This document shows, piece after piece, positions 20,874-30,418 of a DNA stretch of 64,000 nucleotides. The notes under the pieces are model-generated. The model searched no databases, was not told the DNA's origin, and saw only the letters and a program-made list of their open reading frames with translations. Each line of letters opens with the position of its first letter. The stretch's first letter is position 1. Source of the DNA: an uncultured Gallionellaceae bacterium (GTDB lineage Bacteria > Pseudomonadota > Gammaproteobacteria > Burkholderiales > Gallionellaceae); the NCBI GenBank assembly GCA_964532405.1, contig CAZHIC010000007.1, forward strand, positions 6,721 through 70,720. The letters run 5' to 3'. A program made the translations under genes and the position numbers.

Positions 20874-20902
20874 AATAAAAAAGCCCGTCGCGAGGACGGG
20901 CT
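20874..20902 (-). terminator. Rho-independent terminator for the 20938-21534 gene
   Basis: On the - strand the sequence is GCCCGTC-CTCGC-GACGGGC followed by TTTTTTATT. Confidence 0.75.
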
Positions 20903-20937
20903 GGTGTGGCGCACTTCATGTTTGGAGAAGTTTCAGA

Positions 20938-21534
20938 TTATTTTTTAGCTTCGTCAGCCGGAAATTGTGTGATTTTTTGACCGTGTTCGAGAATGAAGGA
21001 AACTTCAGTTTTGCCGCTATTGTTAAGGCTGGTGTTGATGTCCACGCATATTATGTTATCACCCAAATCTGGGTTGTTTTTCGAGGTTCTCCAATAAAAT
21101 TTTCCAACTGCGGTACCTGGCATTCGTTTGTCGTCGTCGCACCCGCTAGGGTTTTCACCGGACAGTAAGGTGGTTGCTCTTCTGAAAATGCAATAGTTGC
21201 CACGTTTTTGGATGCCTACTTCCACAAAAGATGTCTCGTCATTGTTTGGGTTGTTGCTACTTACTACCACTTGAATTTCAGGGTCTTGTAACCGATAGCG
21301 TTCTACTCTCCCAGTAGTCTCGTTTTTCTTTTCGATAAACTTAGGGCGCACCGTTACTTGTGGTGGTGAATCAAACTGAAACGGTAATGTCTCGAAATAA
21401 CTTCTGAGGGCGTTATCACAATCAGAAAAATCCTTTTTATGGGACTGAGCTAGAACTTGGGTTACTACCATTGACTCTGCCATAGAAAGCCCGGAGTAAA
21501 ACAGAGCAATAATTGCGATGATTAACTTATTCAT
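20938..21534 (-). CDS. Secreted protein of unknown function (198 aa)
   Basis: It has a signal peptide (MNKLIIAIIALFYSGLSMA-ES), about 42% GC and its own terminator. I recognise no motif. Confidence 0.6.
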   Translation of the reverse strand: MNKLIIAIIALFYSGLSMAESMVVTQVLAQSHKKDFSDCDNALRSYFETLPFQFDSPPQVTVRPKFIEKKNETTGRVERYRLQDPEIQVVVSSNNPNNDETSFVEVGIQKRGNYCIFRRATTLLSGENPSGCDDDKRMPGTAVGKFYWRTSKNNPDLGDNIICVDINTSLNNSGKTEVSFILEHGQKITQFPADEAKK

Positions 21535-21556
21535 GCAGGTTTCCTTTTGAGTGTGG

Positions 21557-22237
21557 TTACAGATGTAGGGTTTTTAACTGAACGCTAAGAACTCCAGCCC
21601 AGATGATCCACATCAGATACATGTAAATACCCATCAAGGGTAGTGCAATAAGAGTGAGTACACAGCGATTCATTTGGAACTGTTGCAGTATGGTGGCAGC
21701 GCCATGCACTAGATTCCAAGTTAGCAACCCGATGCCGAATATAACGAGAATTAAAGCGAGGAAGTCATTGCACGATGGGCACAAAGATAAATTGCCCTGT
21801 AAGTGACGCGTGGCAGGTACGGCAGCCACAATGGAGGCGCAAATTATGACGTTTCGGAGGTTGTTGAAAACAAAATTGATTAACTCGTCTTGTGGAAGCT
21901 TTTTCGGGGTGGGAGACGATGATTCTGTTTCGGATTGTTTATTCGAGGGCACAGTGGCTTCCTTCTGACGTGGGCTTGGTGGGTCAATAGAATTGGCAAA
22001 ACACGGGCACTGTAAGTCAGGGGGGGGGGGGGGTATGTCAAGCGCAGTGGTGCGTTTATGCGAGGCTTGCGACGGGGTGTAATGGGTGGTTTGGCGGCTA
22101 GCCAATTTTGCTTTGGCTCGAACTGGGTCGGCATGATAAACTCGCCCGCTGTTTTTAAAGCCTTTTAGGAAGCCGCCACAGATGGAACAATTCGCTAAAG
22201 AAACACTGTCCGTTAGTCTCGAAGAGGAGATGCGCAA
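21557..22237 (-). CDS. Three-TM membrane protein; start uncertain (ATG 22237 inside gyrA, or GTG 21952)
   Basis: The C-terminal half has three hydrophobic helices: [26 protein letters not shown] and [28 protein letters not shown] 21952 has an AGGAAG Shine-Dalgarno 6 nt upstream and would give 131 aa. The long form reads through the C14 tract as PPPPP. Confidence 0.5.
   Translation of the reverse strand: MRISSSRLTDSVSLANCSICGGFLKGFKNSGRVYHADPVRAKAKLASRQTTHYTPSQASHKRTTALDIPPPPPDLQCPCFANSIDPPSPRQKEATVPSNKQSETESSSPTPKKLPQDELINFVFNNLRNVIICASIVAAVPATRHLQGNLSLCPSCNDFLALILVIFGIGLLTWNLVHGAATILQQFQMNRCVLTLIALPLMGIYMYLMWIIWAGVLSVQLKTLHL
22020..22033. repeat. G14 (C14 on the coding strand) homopolymer
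   Basis: Counted directly: g22020 plus 13 g at 22021-22033. Confidence 0.95.
22043..22132. repeat. Direct repeat copy B, distal part (the proximal 25 nt lie at 21449-21473)
   Basis: See copy A. The two parts of copy B are separated by 569 bp. Confidence 0.85.
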
Positions 22238-24779
22238 GTCTTACCTCGAATATGCGATGAGCGTGATCGTCGGGCGTGCCTTGCCCGATGCCCGCGACGG
22301 CTTGAAGCCGGTGCATAGGCGCGTGCTGTTCGCCATGCACGAGTTATCCAATGACTGGAACCGCGCGTACAAGAAATCGGCGCGTATCGTCGGCGACGTG
22401 ATCGGTAAGTACCATCCGCACGGCGACACGGCGGTGTACGACACCATCGTGCGTATGGCGCAGGACTTTTCTCTGCGCTACCCGCTGGTGGACGGGCAGG
22501 GTAACTTCGGTTCGGTGGACGGCGATAACGCGGCGGCGATGCGTTACACCGAAATCCGCATGGCGCGCATCGCGCACGAGTTGCTGGCCGATCTGGATAA
22601 AGAAACGGTGGACTTCGGGCCGAACTACGACGGCTCCGAGCATGAGCCGCTGGTGTTCCCTGCACGTTTTCCCAATCTGTTGGTCAATGGCTCCTCCGGT
22701 ATCGCCGTGGGTATGGCGACCAACATTCCGCCGCACAATCTTTCCGAAGTGCTCGATGCCTGTTTCGCGCTGCTCAAAAATCCCGAAATCGATATCGAAG
22801 ATTTGATCGACATCGTTCCCGCGCCGGACTTTCCGACGGCGGGATTCATCTACGGTCTGGCGGGCGTGAAGGAAGGTTACCGCACCGGTCGCGGTCGCGT
22901 GGTGATGCGCGGACGCACGCACTTCGAGGATTTGGACAAGGCCGGTACGCGTCAGGCCATCATCATCGACGAGCTGCCGTATCAGGTGAACAAGGCCAAT
23001 CTGCTCATCAAGGTGGGCGAGTTGGTGCGCGAGAAGAAGATCGAGGGCATTACCGAGATTCGCGACGAGTCGGACAAGTCCGGTATGCGTGCGGTGATCG
23101 AGTTGCGGCGCGGCGAGATGCCGGAAGTTGTGCTCAATCATTTGTACAAACACACGCAGTTGCAGGACAGCTTCGGCATGAACATGGTGGCCTTGCTGGA
23201 CGGGCAACCGAAGTTGCTCAACCTGAAAGAATTCCTCGACGCGTTCCTGCGTCACCGCCGCGAAGTCGTGACGCGCCGCACTATTTTTGAACTGCGCAAA
23301 GCGCGTGAACGCGGCCACGTTTTGGAAGGTCTGGCGGTTGCGCTGTCCAATGTGGACGAGATCATCGCGCTCATCAAAGCGGCAGCGACTCCGGCTATTG
23401 CCAAGCAAGAGCTGATGGCACATGCGTGGCATTCGTCGCTGGTGGAAGAGATGTTGAGCCGCGTGAGCGATGCGTCGCGTCCTGAAACGTTGTCGCCCGA
23501 GTTTGGCATGCTGGGCAGCGGCAATCAGCGCGCTTACAAACTGTCCGATGTACAGGCGCAAGCGATTCTGGAATTGCGTCTGCAACGCCTGACGGGTCTG
23601 GAGCAAGACAAGATCGTCGGCGAATACCGTGAAGTGATGGATAAGATTAACGACCTGCTCGATATTTTGGCGAAGCCGGAGCGCGTGACGCAGATCATCA
23701 CCGACGAGCTGGTGGCGATCAAATCTCAATACGGCGACAAACGCCGCAGCGAGATCATCACCCACACGCAAGACATGAGCATGGAAGATTTTGTGACGCC
23801 GGAAGATGTGGTGGTGACGCTGTCGCACGGCGGTTACATGAAGGCGCAGAAGCTGGACGAATACCGTGCGCAGAAGCGCGGCGGACGCGGCAAGCAAGCC
23901 GCATCGACCAAGGAAGACGATTTCGTCGACAACCTGTTCATCGCCAACACGCACGATTACATCCTGTGCTTCTCCAGTCGCGGTCGCGTGTACTGGCTCA
24001 AAGTGTATGACGTGCCGCAGGGTACCCGCATCAGCCGAGGCAAGCCGATTGTGAATCTGTTGCCGCTGGAAGAGGGCGAAAAGATCAACGCCATTCTGGC
24101 GGTGAAGGAATTCCCTGAAGACAAGTTTGTGTTCTTCGCCACCACCGACGGTACGGTGAAAAAGACGCCGCTGTCCGACTTCGCCAACCCGCGCAAGGCC
24201 GGCATCATCGCCATCAATCTGGACGAGGGCGACTTCCTCATCGGCGTGGCGATCACCGACGGCAAGCACGACGTGATGCTGTTCTCCGACGGCGGCAAGG
24301 CCGTGCGCTTCGACGAAAACGATGTGCGTTCGATGGGCCGTGTGTCGCGCGGTGTGCGCGGTATGCGACTCACCAAGGGCGGCAAAGTCATCGCGCTGCT
24401 GGTGGCCGAAAACGAACAGCAGACAGTGCTGACCGCGACCGAAAACGGTTACGGCAAGCGCACGCCTATCGTCGAGTACACCCGCCATGGTCGCGGCACG
24501 CAGGGCATGATGGCGATTCAGACTTCCGAGCGTAACGGCAAGGTGGTGGCGGCGACGCTGGTCAGCACCGAAGACGAGATCATGCTGATCGGCACCAACG
24601 GCGTGCTGATCCGCACCCGCGTCAAAGAGATTCGCGAGATGAGCCGCGCTACACAGGGCGTGACGCTGATCAATCTGGAGAAGGGCGAGAAGTTGGCCGG
24701 ATTGAGCCGTATCGCCGAGACGGAAGATGACGGCGCGGAAGACCTTTCGGACGATGTTGCAGACGACGACGCAGAGTAA
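22182..24779 (+). CDS. gyrA: DNA gyrase subunit A
   Basis: Contains [35 protein letters not shown]...AAMRYTE. It is 865 aa with an acidic tail. Confidence 0.98.
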   Translation: MEQFAKETLSVSLEEEMRKSYLEYAMSVIVGRALPDARDGLKPVHRRVLFAMHELSNDWNRAYKKSARIVGDVIGKYHPHGDTAVYDTIVRMAQDFSLRYPLVDGQGNFGSVDGDNAAAMRYTEIRMARIAHELLADLDKETVDFGPNYDGSEHEPLVFPARFPNLLVNGSSGIAVGMATNIPPHNLSEVLDACFALLKNPEIDIEDLIDIVPAPDFPTAGFIYGLAGVKEGYRTGRGRVVMRGRTHFEDLDKAGTRQAIIIDELPYQVNKANLLIKVGELVREKKIEGITEIRDESDKSGMRAVIELRRGEMPEVVLNHLYKHTQLQDSFGMNMVALLDGQPKLLNLKEFLDAFLRHRREVVTRRTIFELRKARERGHVLEGLAVALSNVDEIIALIKAAATPAIAKQELMAHAWHSSLVEEMLSRVSDASRPETLSPEFGMLGSGNQRAYKLSDVQAQAILELRLQRLTGLEQDKIVGEYREVMDKINDLLDILAKPERVTQIITDELVAIKSQYGDKRRSEIITHTQDMSMEDFVTPEDVVVTLSHGGYMKAQKLDEYRAQKRGGRGKQAASTKEDDFVDNLFIANTHDYILCFSSRGRVYWLKVYDVPQGTRISRGKPIVNLLPLEEGEKINAILAVKEFPEDKFVFFATTDGTVKKTPLSDFANPRKAGIIAINLDEGDFLIGVAITDGKHDVMLFSDGGKAVRFDENDVRSMGRVSRGVRGMRLTKGGKVIALLVAENEQQTVLTATENGYGKRTPIVEYTRHGRGTQGMMAIQTSERNGKVVAATLVSTEDEIMLIGTNGVLIRTRVKEIREMSRATQGVTLINLEKGEKLAGLSRIAETEDDGAEDLSDDVADDDAE

Positions 24780-24783
24780 CCCC

Positions 24784-25968
24784 ATGCTGACTGAAGCACA
24801 ATTGGCCGAGTTGTTGTCCGATCTGGAATCGGATCGTGTCGAGCGCACGATTTCCGTTTCCGATACGGATAAATATTGCCAGGCGGTTTGTGCGTTTGCC
24901 AATGACTTGCCCAATCATCGCCAGCCGGGTTATTTGTTGATTGGTGTTGGGGATGACGGAAGTCTGTCTGGCTTGAGTGTGACGGATCAGCTATTGCAAA
25001 ATCTTGGCGCGATACGCGCTAACGGCAATGTATTGCCGCAGCCCGTGATGAGTGTGGCGAGGTTTAAGTTGCAGGGTGGCGAGGTTGCCGTTGTGGAGGT
25101 GCTGCCATCCGACATGCCTCCAGTGCGTTATAAAGGGCGCGTATATATTCGCGTCGGCCCACGCAAGGCAATTGCCAATGAGCAGGAAGAGCGGGTGTTA
25201 ACCGAGAGGCGTGTTGCACGGGCGCATACTTTTGATGTGCTGCCTTTTCCCGAAGCGAAACTTGCGGATTTGTCTATTCGCTTGTTTGGTGAATACCGCG
25301 CTCAGGTGGTTGCACCCGAAGTGATTGAGGCGAACCACCGAACAGTCGAAGAGCAATTGGCTTCCCTGCGGTTGTTTGATCTGTCAAAGCAATGTCCAAC
25401 GACTTCCGGCATTCTTTTGTTCGGCAATAATCCGCGATATTTTTTGCCCGGTGCATACGTGCAATTTTTGCGCTTCCCCGGTACGAAGATGACTGACATG
25501 CCGGTAGACCAAGCGGAATTTTCCGGGGATATGCGTACCGTGCTTGACGGTTTGCGCGATAAATTTCGAGCCTGCAACCAAGTGGGAATGAAGCCGGGAA
25601 AAAATTTTAAGGATCAGTTGTTGCCCGATTATCCCGAATGGTCGGTGCGCGAGTTGCTGCATAACGCTGTGATACACCGCGATTATCAGTCTAATACTCC
25701 TATTCGTTTTTATTGGTTTGCAGACCGTATCGAGATACAAAGTCCCGGCGGCTTATACGGAGAGGTTACGCCGGAAACCATTATGAGCCGGAACAGTTAC
25801 CGTAATCCGGTTATGGCTGAAGCGTTGAAGGCCATGGGCTATGTAAACCGTTTCGGTTTTGGTATTCAGCAAACGCAAAATTTATTGGAAGAAAACGGCA
25901 ATCCCCCAGCGGAATTTAGTTTTGAAGACCGGGTTGTCGCGGTGACGATTCGACGGGGAACGCGATGA
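24784..25968 (+). CDS. AlbA_2 (Schlafen-type) plus HATPase_c_4 domain protein
   Basis: The N-terminus ESDRVERTIS...AVCAFANDLPNHRQPGYLLIGVGDDGSLSGL fits the AlbA_2 pattern. The C-terminus RELLHNAVIHRDYQSNTPIRFYWFADRIEIQSPGGL fits the HATPase_c_4 pattern. The ATG is 5 nt after the gyrA TAA. Confidence 0.75.
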   Translation: MLTEAQLAELLSDLESDRVERTISVSDTDKYCQAVCAFANDLPNHRQPGYLLIGVGDDGSLSGLSVTDQLLQNLGAIRANGNVLPQPVMSVARFKLQGGEVAVVEVLPSDMPPVRYKGRVYIRVGPRKAIANEQEERVLTERRVARAHTFDVLPFPEAKLADLSIRLFGEYRAQVVAPEVIEANHRTVEEQLASLRLFDLSKQCPTTSGILLFGNNPRYFLPGAYVQFLRFPGTKMTDMPVDQAEFSGDMRTVLDGLRDKFRACNQVGMKPGKNFKDQLLPDYPEWSVRELLHNAVIHRDYQSNTPIRFYWFADRIEIQSPGGLYGEVTPETIMSRNSYRNPVMAEALKAMGYVNRFGFGIQQTQNLLEENGNPPAEFSFEDRVVAVTIRRGTR

Positions 25969-26957
25969 GAACCATTGCCTTCTTTAATAACAAAGGCGGT
26001 GTCGGGAAGACCTCCTTGGTGTATCACTTGGCATGGATGTTCGCAGACCGTGGAATTGAAACGCTGGCTGTAGATCTTGATCCGCAGGCGAATCTAACCT
26101 CCATGTTTCTCAATGAGGAGCGACTGGAAGAGTTGTGGCCGGATGGTGAGCATCCAGATACTGTTTATGGGGCTATCCGCCCGATTTTGCGAGGTGTAGG
26201 TGATATTGCCGAGCCGCACATTGAAAAAATTACGGATATGCTGGGGTTGATTCCTGGCGATCTTGGTTTATCCCGTTTTGAAGACAAGCTCTCGGATGCT
26301 TGGCCTCGTTGTCAGTTGGGCGATGAATCTGCTTTTCGTACTATGACCGCTTTTCATCGTCTTGTGCAACATGGTGCAGATCGAGGTGCGGAGTTGGTGT
26401 TGATTGATGTCGGCCCAAATTTAGGGGCGATTAACCGATCTGCGTTGATTGCCTCTGATCAAGTTTGTTTGCCTCTGGCACCGGATTTATTTTCTTTGCA
26501 AGGCCTCAAGAATCTTGGGCCAACACTGAATGAGTGGCGTGAAGTTTGGAAAGAGCTATTGCAGAAAGCACCTGCTGATGTCCCGATGCCCAAAGGAGCG
26601 ATGCAGCCAGTAGGCTATATTGTTATGCAGCATGGGATTCGAGACAGTCGTCCGGTAAAAGCCTACCAACGTTGGTTAGACAAGATTCCTCAAGTTTATC
26701 GTGGGTCTGTGTTGAACGAGGCAGTTACAGGTAACATGCCTGCACTAGCCGATGACCCATATATGCTTGCACTGTTGAAGCATTATCGCAGCCTGATGCC
26801 GATGGCGATGGAAGCAAACAAGCCGATTTTTTTTCTGAAGTCCGCTGATGGTGCTATTGGGTCGCATCAGGAGGCAGTTGCAAGTTGTTATAAAGATTTT
26901 GAGAAATTGGCGGCAAAAATAGCCGCTAACGCAGGTATTGCATTCCCGAATAAATAA
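25965..26957 (+). CDS. ParA/MinD-like P-loop ATPase (330 aa)
   Basis: It has the deviant Walker A FFNNKGGVGKTS, then AVDLDPQANLT and VLIDVGPNLG. ATGA overlap with the upstream gene. Confidence 0.8.
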   Translation: MRTIAFFNNKGGVGKTSLVYHLAWMFADRGIETLAVDLDPQANLTSMFLNEERLEELWPDGEHPDTVYGAIRPILRGVGDIAEPHIEKITDMLGLIPGDLGLSRFEDKLSDAWPRCQLGDESAFRTMTAFHRLVQHGADRGAELVLIDVGPNLGAINRSALIASDQVCLPLAPDLFSLQGLKNLGPTLNEWREVWKELLQKAPADVPMPKGAMQPVGYIVMQHGIRDSRPVKAYQRWLDKIPQVYRGSVLNEAVTGNMPALADDPYMLALLKHYRSLMPMAMEANKPIFFLKSADGAIGSHQEAVASCYKDFEKLAAKIAANAGIAFPNK

Positions 26958-26977
26958 ACTAGTGGAGAGGAATTGAG

Positions 26978-28060
26978 ATGACGATCTATAACTTTAGCGC
27001 AGGCCCCGCCGTATTGCCGAAAGAAGTTTTGTTGCAGGCACAGGCGGAACTCATCGACTGGCACGGCAGCGGTATGTCGGTGATGGAGATGTCGCATCGC
27101 GGCAAGGAATACATGGGCATTCACGCCCAAGCCGAAGCCGATTTGCGCGAGTTGATGGGCATCCCCGCCAACTACAAAGTGCTGTTCCTGCAAGGTGGAG
27201 CGCATCTGCAATTTTCGATGATCCCGTTCAATTTGTTGCGCGGCAAGCTCTCTGCCGACTATGTGAATACCGGCGAATGGTCGAAAAAGGCCATAGCCGA
27301 AGCGAAGAAGTTCTGCAACGTGAACGTGGTGGCGAGCAACGCCGACAAGAACTGCACTTACGTTCCGGCTTTTAATACCTGGAAGCTGGATAAGAATGCG
27401 GCTTACGTGCACTACACGTCGAACGAAACCATCGGCGGTGTCGAGTTCAACTGGATGCCCAATACGGGCGATGTGCCGCTGGTGGCGGATATGTCTTCCA
27501 ATATGCTGTCGCGCTCTGTGGATGTGTGGAAATACGGTTTGATTTATGCGGGTGCGCAGAAGAACATCGGCCCTGCTGGTTTGACGCTGGTGATCGTGCG
27601 CGAAGACCTGATAGGCCATGCCGATCCGCGTTTGCCGACCATGCTGGACTATAAGACGCATGCTGAAAACGATTCGATGTACAACACGCCGCCCACATTC
27701 GCCGTCTATATGGCGGGCTTGGTGTTCCAATGGCTGAAGAAGAACGGCGGCATCGGTGTGATGGAGCAAAAAAACATCGCCAAAGCGAACCTGTTGTATG
27801 CGGCGATAGATGCCAGCAACGGTTTCTACAGCTGCCCGGTGAACAAGGCGGATCGCTCGCGCATGAACGTGCCGTTCACGTTGAAGGATGCCAATCTGGA
27901 TGGCGAATTTCTCAAGCAGGCGGATGCGCGCGGCTTGTTGCAATTGAAGGGGCATCGTTCCGTCGGCGGTATGCGCGCCTCCATTTACAACGCGATGCCG
28001 CTGGCAGGCGTGCAGGCGCTGGTGGATTTCATGCACGAGTTCGCCCAGAAAAATGGCTGA
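26978..28060 (+). CDS. serC: Phosphoserine aminotransferase
   Basis: Contains [16 protein letters not shown]...MSHRGKEY...[11 protein letters not shown]. It is 360 aa. Confidence 0.95.
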   Translation: MTIYNFSAGPAVLPKEVLLQAQAELIDWHGSGMSVMEMSHRGKEYMGIHAQAEADLRELMGIPANYKVLFLQGGAHLQFSMIPFNLLRGKLSADYVNTGEWSKKAIAEAKKFCNVNVVASNADKNCTYVPAFNTWKLDKNAAYVHYTSNETIGGVEFNWMPNTGDVPLVADMSSNMLSRSVDVWKYGLIYAGAQKNIGPAGLTLVIVREDLIGHADPRLPTMLDYKTHAENDSMYNTPPTFAVYMAGLVFQWLKKNGGIGVMEQKNIAKANLLYAAIDASNGFYSCPVNKADRSRMNVPFTLKDANLDGEFLKQADARGLLQLKGHRSVGGMRASIYNAMPLAGVQALVDFMHEFAQKNG

Positions 28061-28066
28061 AGAATC

Positions 28067-28125
28067 GGTGGGCACACCCAAAGGGTGCAAGAACCTCATT
28101 CGAGGCAAAAACGTGCCCACCCTAC
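28067..28125 (-). repeat. GTAG-headed REP (long hairpin)
   Basis: GGTGGGCAC...GTGCCCACC-CTAC, with an inner hairpin CACCC-AAA-GGGTG. Confidence 0.7.
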
Positions 28126-28141
28126 TCAAATAGGCAAATAA

Positions 28142-29332
28142 ATGGCTAACATTTTTAAAATTCTCACGCTAAACAAAATTTCTTCAGTGGGTCTGAAGCG
28201 TCTGCCTGCTTCGCGTTATCAAGTCGGCGACAAGGTGGTGCAGCCCGATGCGATTCTGGTGCGTTCGCAGAACATGCTGGAGATGGATATTCCGGCCAGC
28301 GTGCTGGCCATCGCGCGCGCCGGCGCGGGAACCAACAACGTGCCGGTGAAGAAGATGAGCGCGCGCGGTGTGCCGGTGTTCAATGCGCCGGGCGCGAACG
28401 CGAATGCGGTGAAGGAACTGGTCGTCACCGGCATGTTGCTGGCTTCGCGCAACATCGTCCCCGCGTTGCGTTTCACGGCGGGTTTGCAGGGTGACGATGC
28501 GACGCTGCACAAGCGGGTCGAGGACGGCAAGAAAGATTACGCCGGAACCGAGTTGCGTGGCCGCACATTGGGCATCATCGGGCTGGGGGCTATCGGGCGC
28601 TTGGTGGCGGATACCGCTATCGGCCTCGGTATGAAAGTGATCGGCTTCGATCCCGAAATCACCGTGGAAGCGGCGTGGAGCCTATCGTCGCAAGTGAAGA
28701 AGGCATCCAGCATCGAAGACCTGCTCAAGCACAGTGATTTCGTGACGCTGCATGTGCCGTTGCTGGATGCGACGCGGAACCTCATCGACGACAAGCGCGT
28801 GGAAATCATGAAATCCGACGCAGTGCTGCTGAATTTTTCGCGCGATGCCATCGTCAACGAAGACGCTGTCATTGCCGGGCTGGCGAGTAAACATCTGCGT
28901 TGCTACGTGTGCGATTTCCCGAGCAATAAGACCATCAGCAACGACAAGATCATTGCGTTGCCGCATCTGGGGGCTTCCACCGCAGAAGCGGAAGAGAACT
29001 GTGCGGTGATGGTAGCGGAGCAACTGCGCGAATATCTGGAACACGGCAATATCACCAACACGGTGAATTTCCCCAATGTGGCCATGCCGCGCGAATCTAT
29101 ATTCCGTTTGGCGATCGCCAACACCAACGTGCCGAACATGCTGGGGCAAATTTCCACCTCGCTGGCGCAGGCAGGTATCAACATCCATAACATGACGAAC
29201 AAATCGCGCGGCGAGATGGCCTACACGCTGGTGGATATCGATACCGCGCCGCCGGATGCTTTGATCGCGCAGATCGCCGCTATTCCCGGCGTGCTGATGG
29301 TGCGCGCGCTGCCGTTGGAGGCGGACGAATGA
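28142..29332 (+). CDS. serA: D-3-phosphoglycerate dehydrogenase with a C-terminal ACT domain
   Basis: It has the 2-hydroxyacid dehydrogenase NAD motif GIIGLGAIGRLVA and HLGAST, with an ACT-like C-terminus. Confidence 0.8.
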   Translation: MANIFKILTLNKISSVGLKRLPASRYQVGDKVVQPDAILVRSQNMLEMDIPASVLAIARAGAGTNNVPVKKMSARGVPVFNAPGANANAVKELVVTGMLLASRNIVPALRFTAGLQGDDATLHKRVEDGKKDYAGTELRGRTLGIIGLGAIGRLVADTAIGLGMKVIGFDPEITVEAAWSLSSQVKKASSIEDLLKHSDFVTLHVPLLDATRNLIDDKRVEIMKSDAVLLNFSRDAIVNEDAVIAGLASKHLRCYVCDFPSNKTISNDKIIALPHLGASTAEAEENCAVMVAEQLREYLEHGNITNTVNFPNVAMPRESIFRLAIANTNVPNMLGQISTSLAQAGINIHNMTNKSRGEMAYTLVDIDTAPPDALIAQIAAIPGVLMVRALPLEADE

Positions 29333-30393
29333 GTGAGGAGTTAAAGAAATTTCGCGAGCAGATCGACCGCATCGACGACGAGTTGTTGCGCTTGTTTAAT
29401 GGGCGCGCCAAGTTGGCGCAGCAGATCGGTCATGCAAAAGGTGGCGGCGCAGTGTTGCGTCCGGAGCGCGAAGCGCAGGTGTTGCAGCGTATGGTGCAAG
29501 CGAACAACGGGCCACTACCTGATCAAGGCGTGACCCAGTTGTTTACCGAAATCATGTCGCAGTGCCGCGCATTGGAAGCGCCGCTGCGAGTGGCTTATCT
29601 GGGGCCGCATGGTACGTTCAGCGAGGCGGCGGTGTTCCAGCGCTTCGGGCAAGCGAGCGAAGGATTGCCCGCCGATTCCATCGACGGTGTGTTCGCTGCG
29701 GTGGAGAGCGGTGCGGCGAATTACGGGCTGGTGCCGGTGGAAAATTCCACCGAAGGCGCGGTGGGGCGCACGCTTGATCTTTTGCTCAACAGCAATCTAA
29801 AGATATGTGGCGAAGTGTTGTTGCAGGTACATCAATGCTTGTTGTCGAAAGAAAACGATCTGTCGCTGATACGCAAAGTGTATTCGCATCCGCAATCGTT
29901 CGGGCAATGCCAGGATTGGTTGCATGCGCATCTGCCGCATGCCGAGCGCATCACTGCATCGAGCAATGCCGATGCGGCGCGTCTGGCGGCGGAAGAGCCT
30001 TTTGCTGCGGCAGTGGCTGGCGCGCAGGCGGCGGAGCACTTCAAGCTGAAGGTGTTGGCGCAAAATATCGAGGACGATGCACGCAACACCACGCGTTTTC
30101 TGGTCATCGGCAAACAGGATGTGGCGCCCTCCGGCAAGGACAAGACCTCGCTGGTGATGTCCGCCTCTAATCGTCCCGGCGCGATGCACGATCTGCTGGT
30201 TCCGCTGGCGCAAAATGGCGTTTCCATGACCAAGCTGGAGTCGCGTCCTTCGCGCGCCGGGCTGTGGGAATATGTTTTTTTCGTGGATGTCGAAGGCCAT
30301 CAATCTGATGCCAAGGTCGCCGCCGCGTTGGCGCAACTCAAGCAGATCGCCGCGTTCGTCAAGGTGCTGGGTTCATACCCGGTGGCCGTCTAA
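29329..30393 (+). CDS. pheA: Chorismate mutase / prephenate dehydratase
   Basis: The CM N-terminus is LKKFREQIDRIDDELLRLFNGRA. The PDT domain contains ENSTEGAV and TRF, followed by a C-terminal ACT (ESRPS). Confidence 0.93.
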   Translation: MSEELKKFREQIDRIDDELLRLFNGRAKLAQQIGHAKGGGAVLRPEREAQVLQRMVQANNGPLPDQGVTQLFTEIMSQCRALEAPLRVAYLGPHGTFSEAAVFQRFGQASEGLPADSIDGVFAAVESGAANYGLVPVENSTEGAVGRTLDLLLNSNLKICGEVLLQVHQCLLSKENDLSLIRKVYSHPQSFGQCQDWLHAHLPHAERITASSNADAARLAAEEPFAAAVAGAQAAEHFKLKVLAQNIEDDARNTTRFLVIGKQDVAPSGKDKTSLVMSASNRPGAMHDLLVPLAQNGVSMTKLESRPSRAGLWEYVFFVDVEGHQSDAKVAAALAQLKQIAAFVKVLGSYPVAV

Positions 30394-30418
30394 TTAGTTT
30401 CAATAAGCAAGGCATCAA

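Noticed and set aside
22344-24914. 856-aa ORF on the - strand, the longest ORF in the track apart from gyrA
   Set aside because: It is exactly antisense to gyrA, whose translation is unmistakable. The antisense product is Arg/His/Val/Ala-rich low complexity with no motif, which is typical of stop-poor antisense frames in GC-rich genes.
26888-28129. 413-aa - strand ORF
   Set aside because: It is antisense to serC. Its composition is biased (R/H/G-rich) and it has no recognisable motif.
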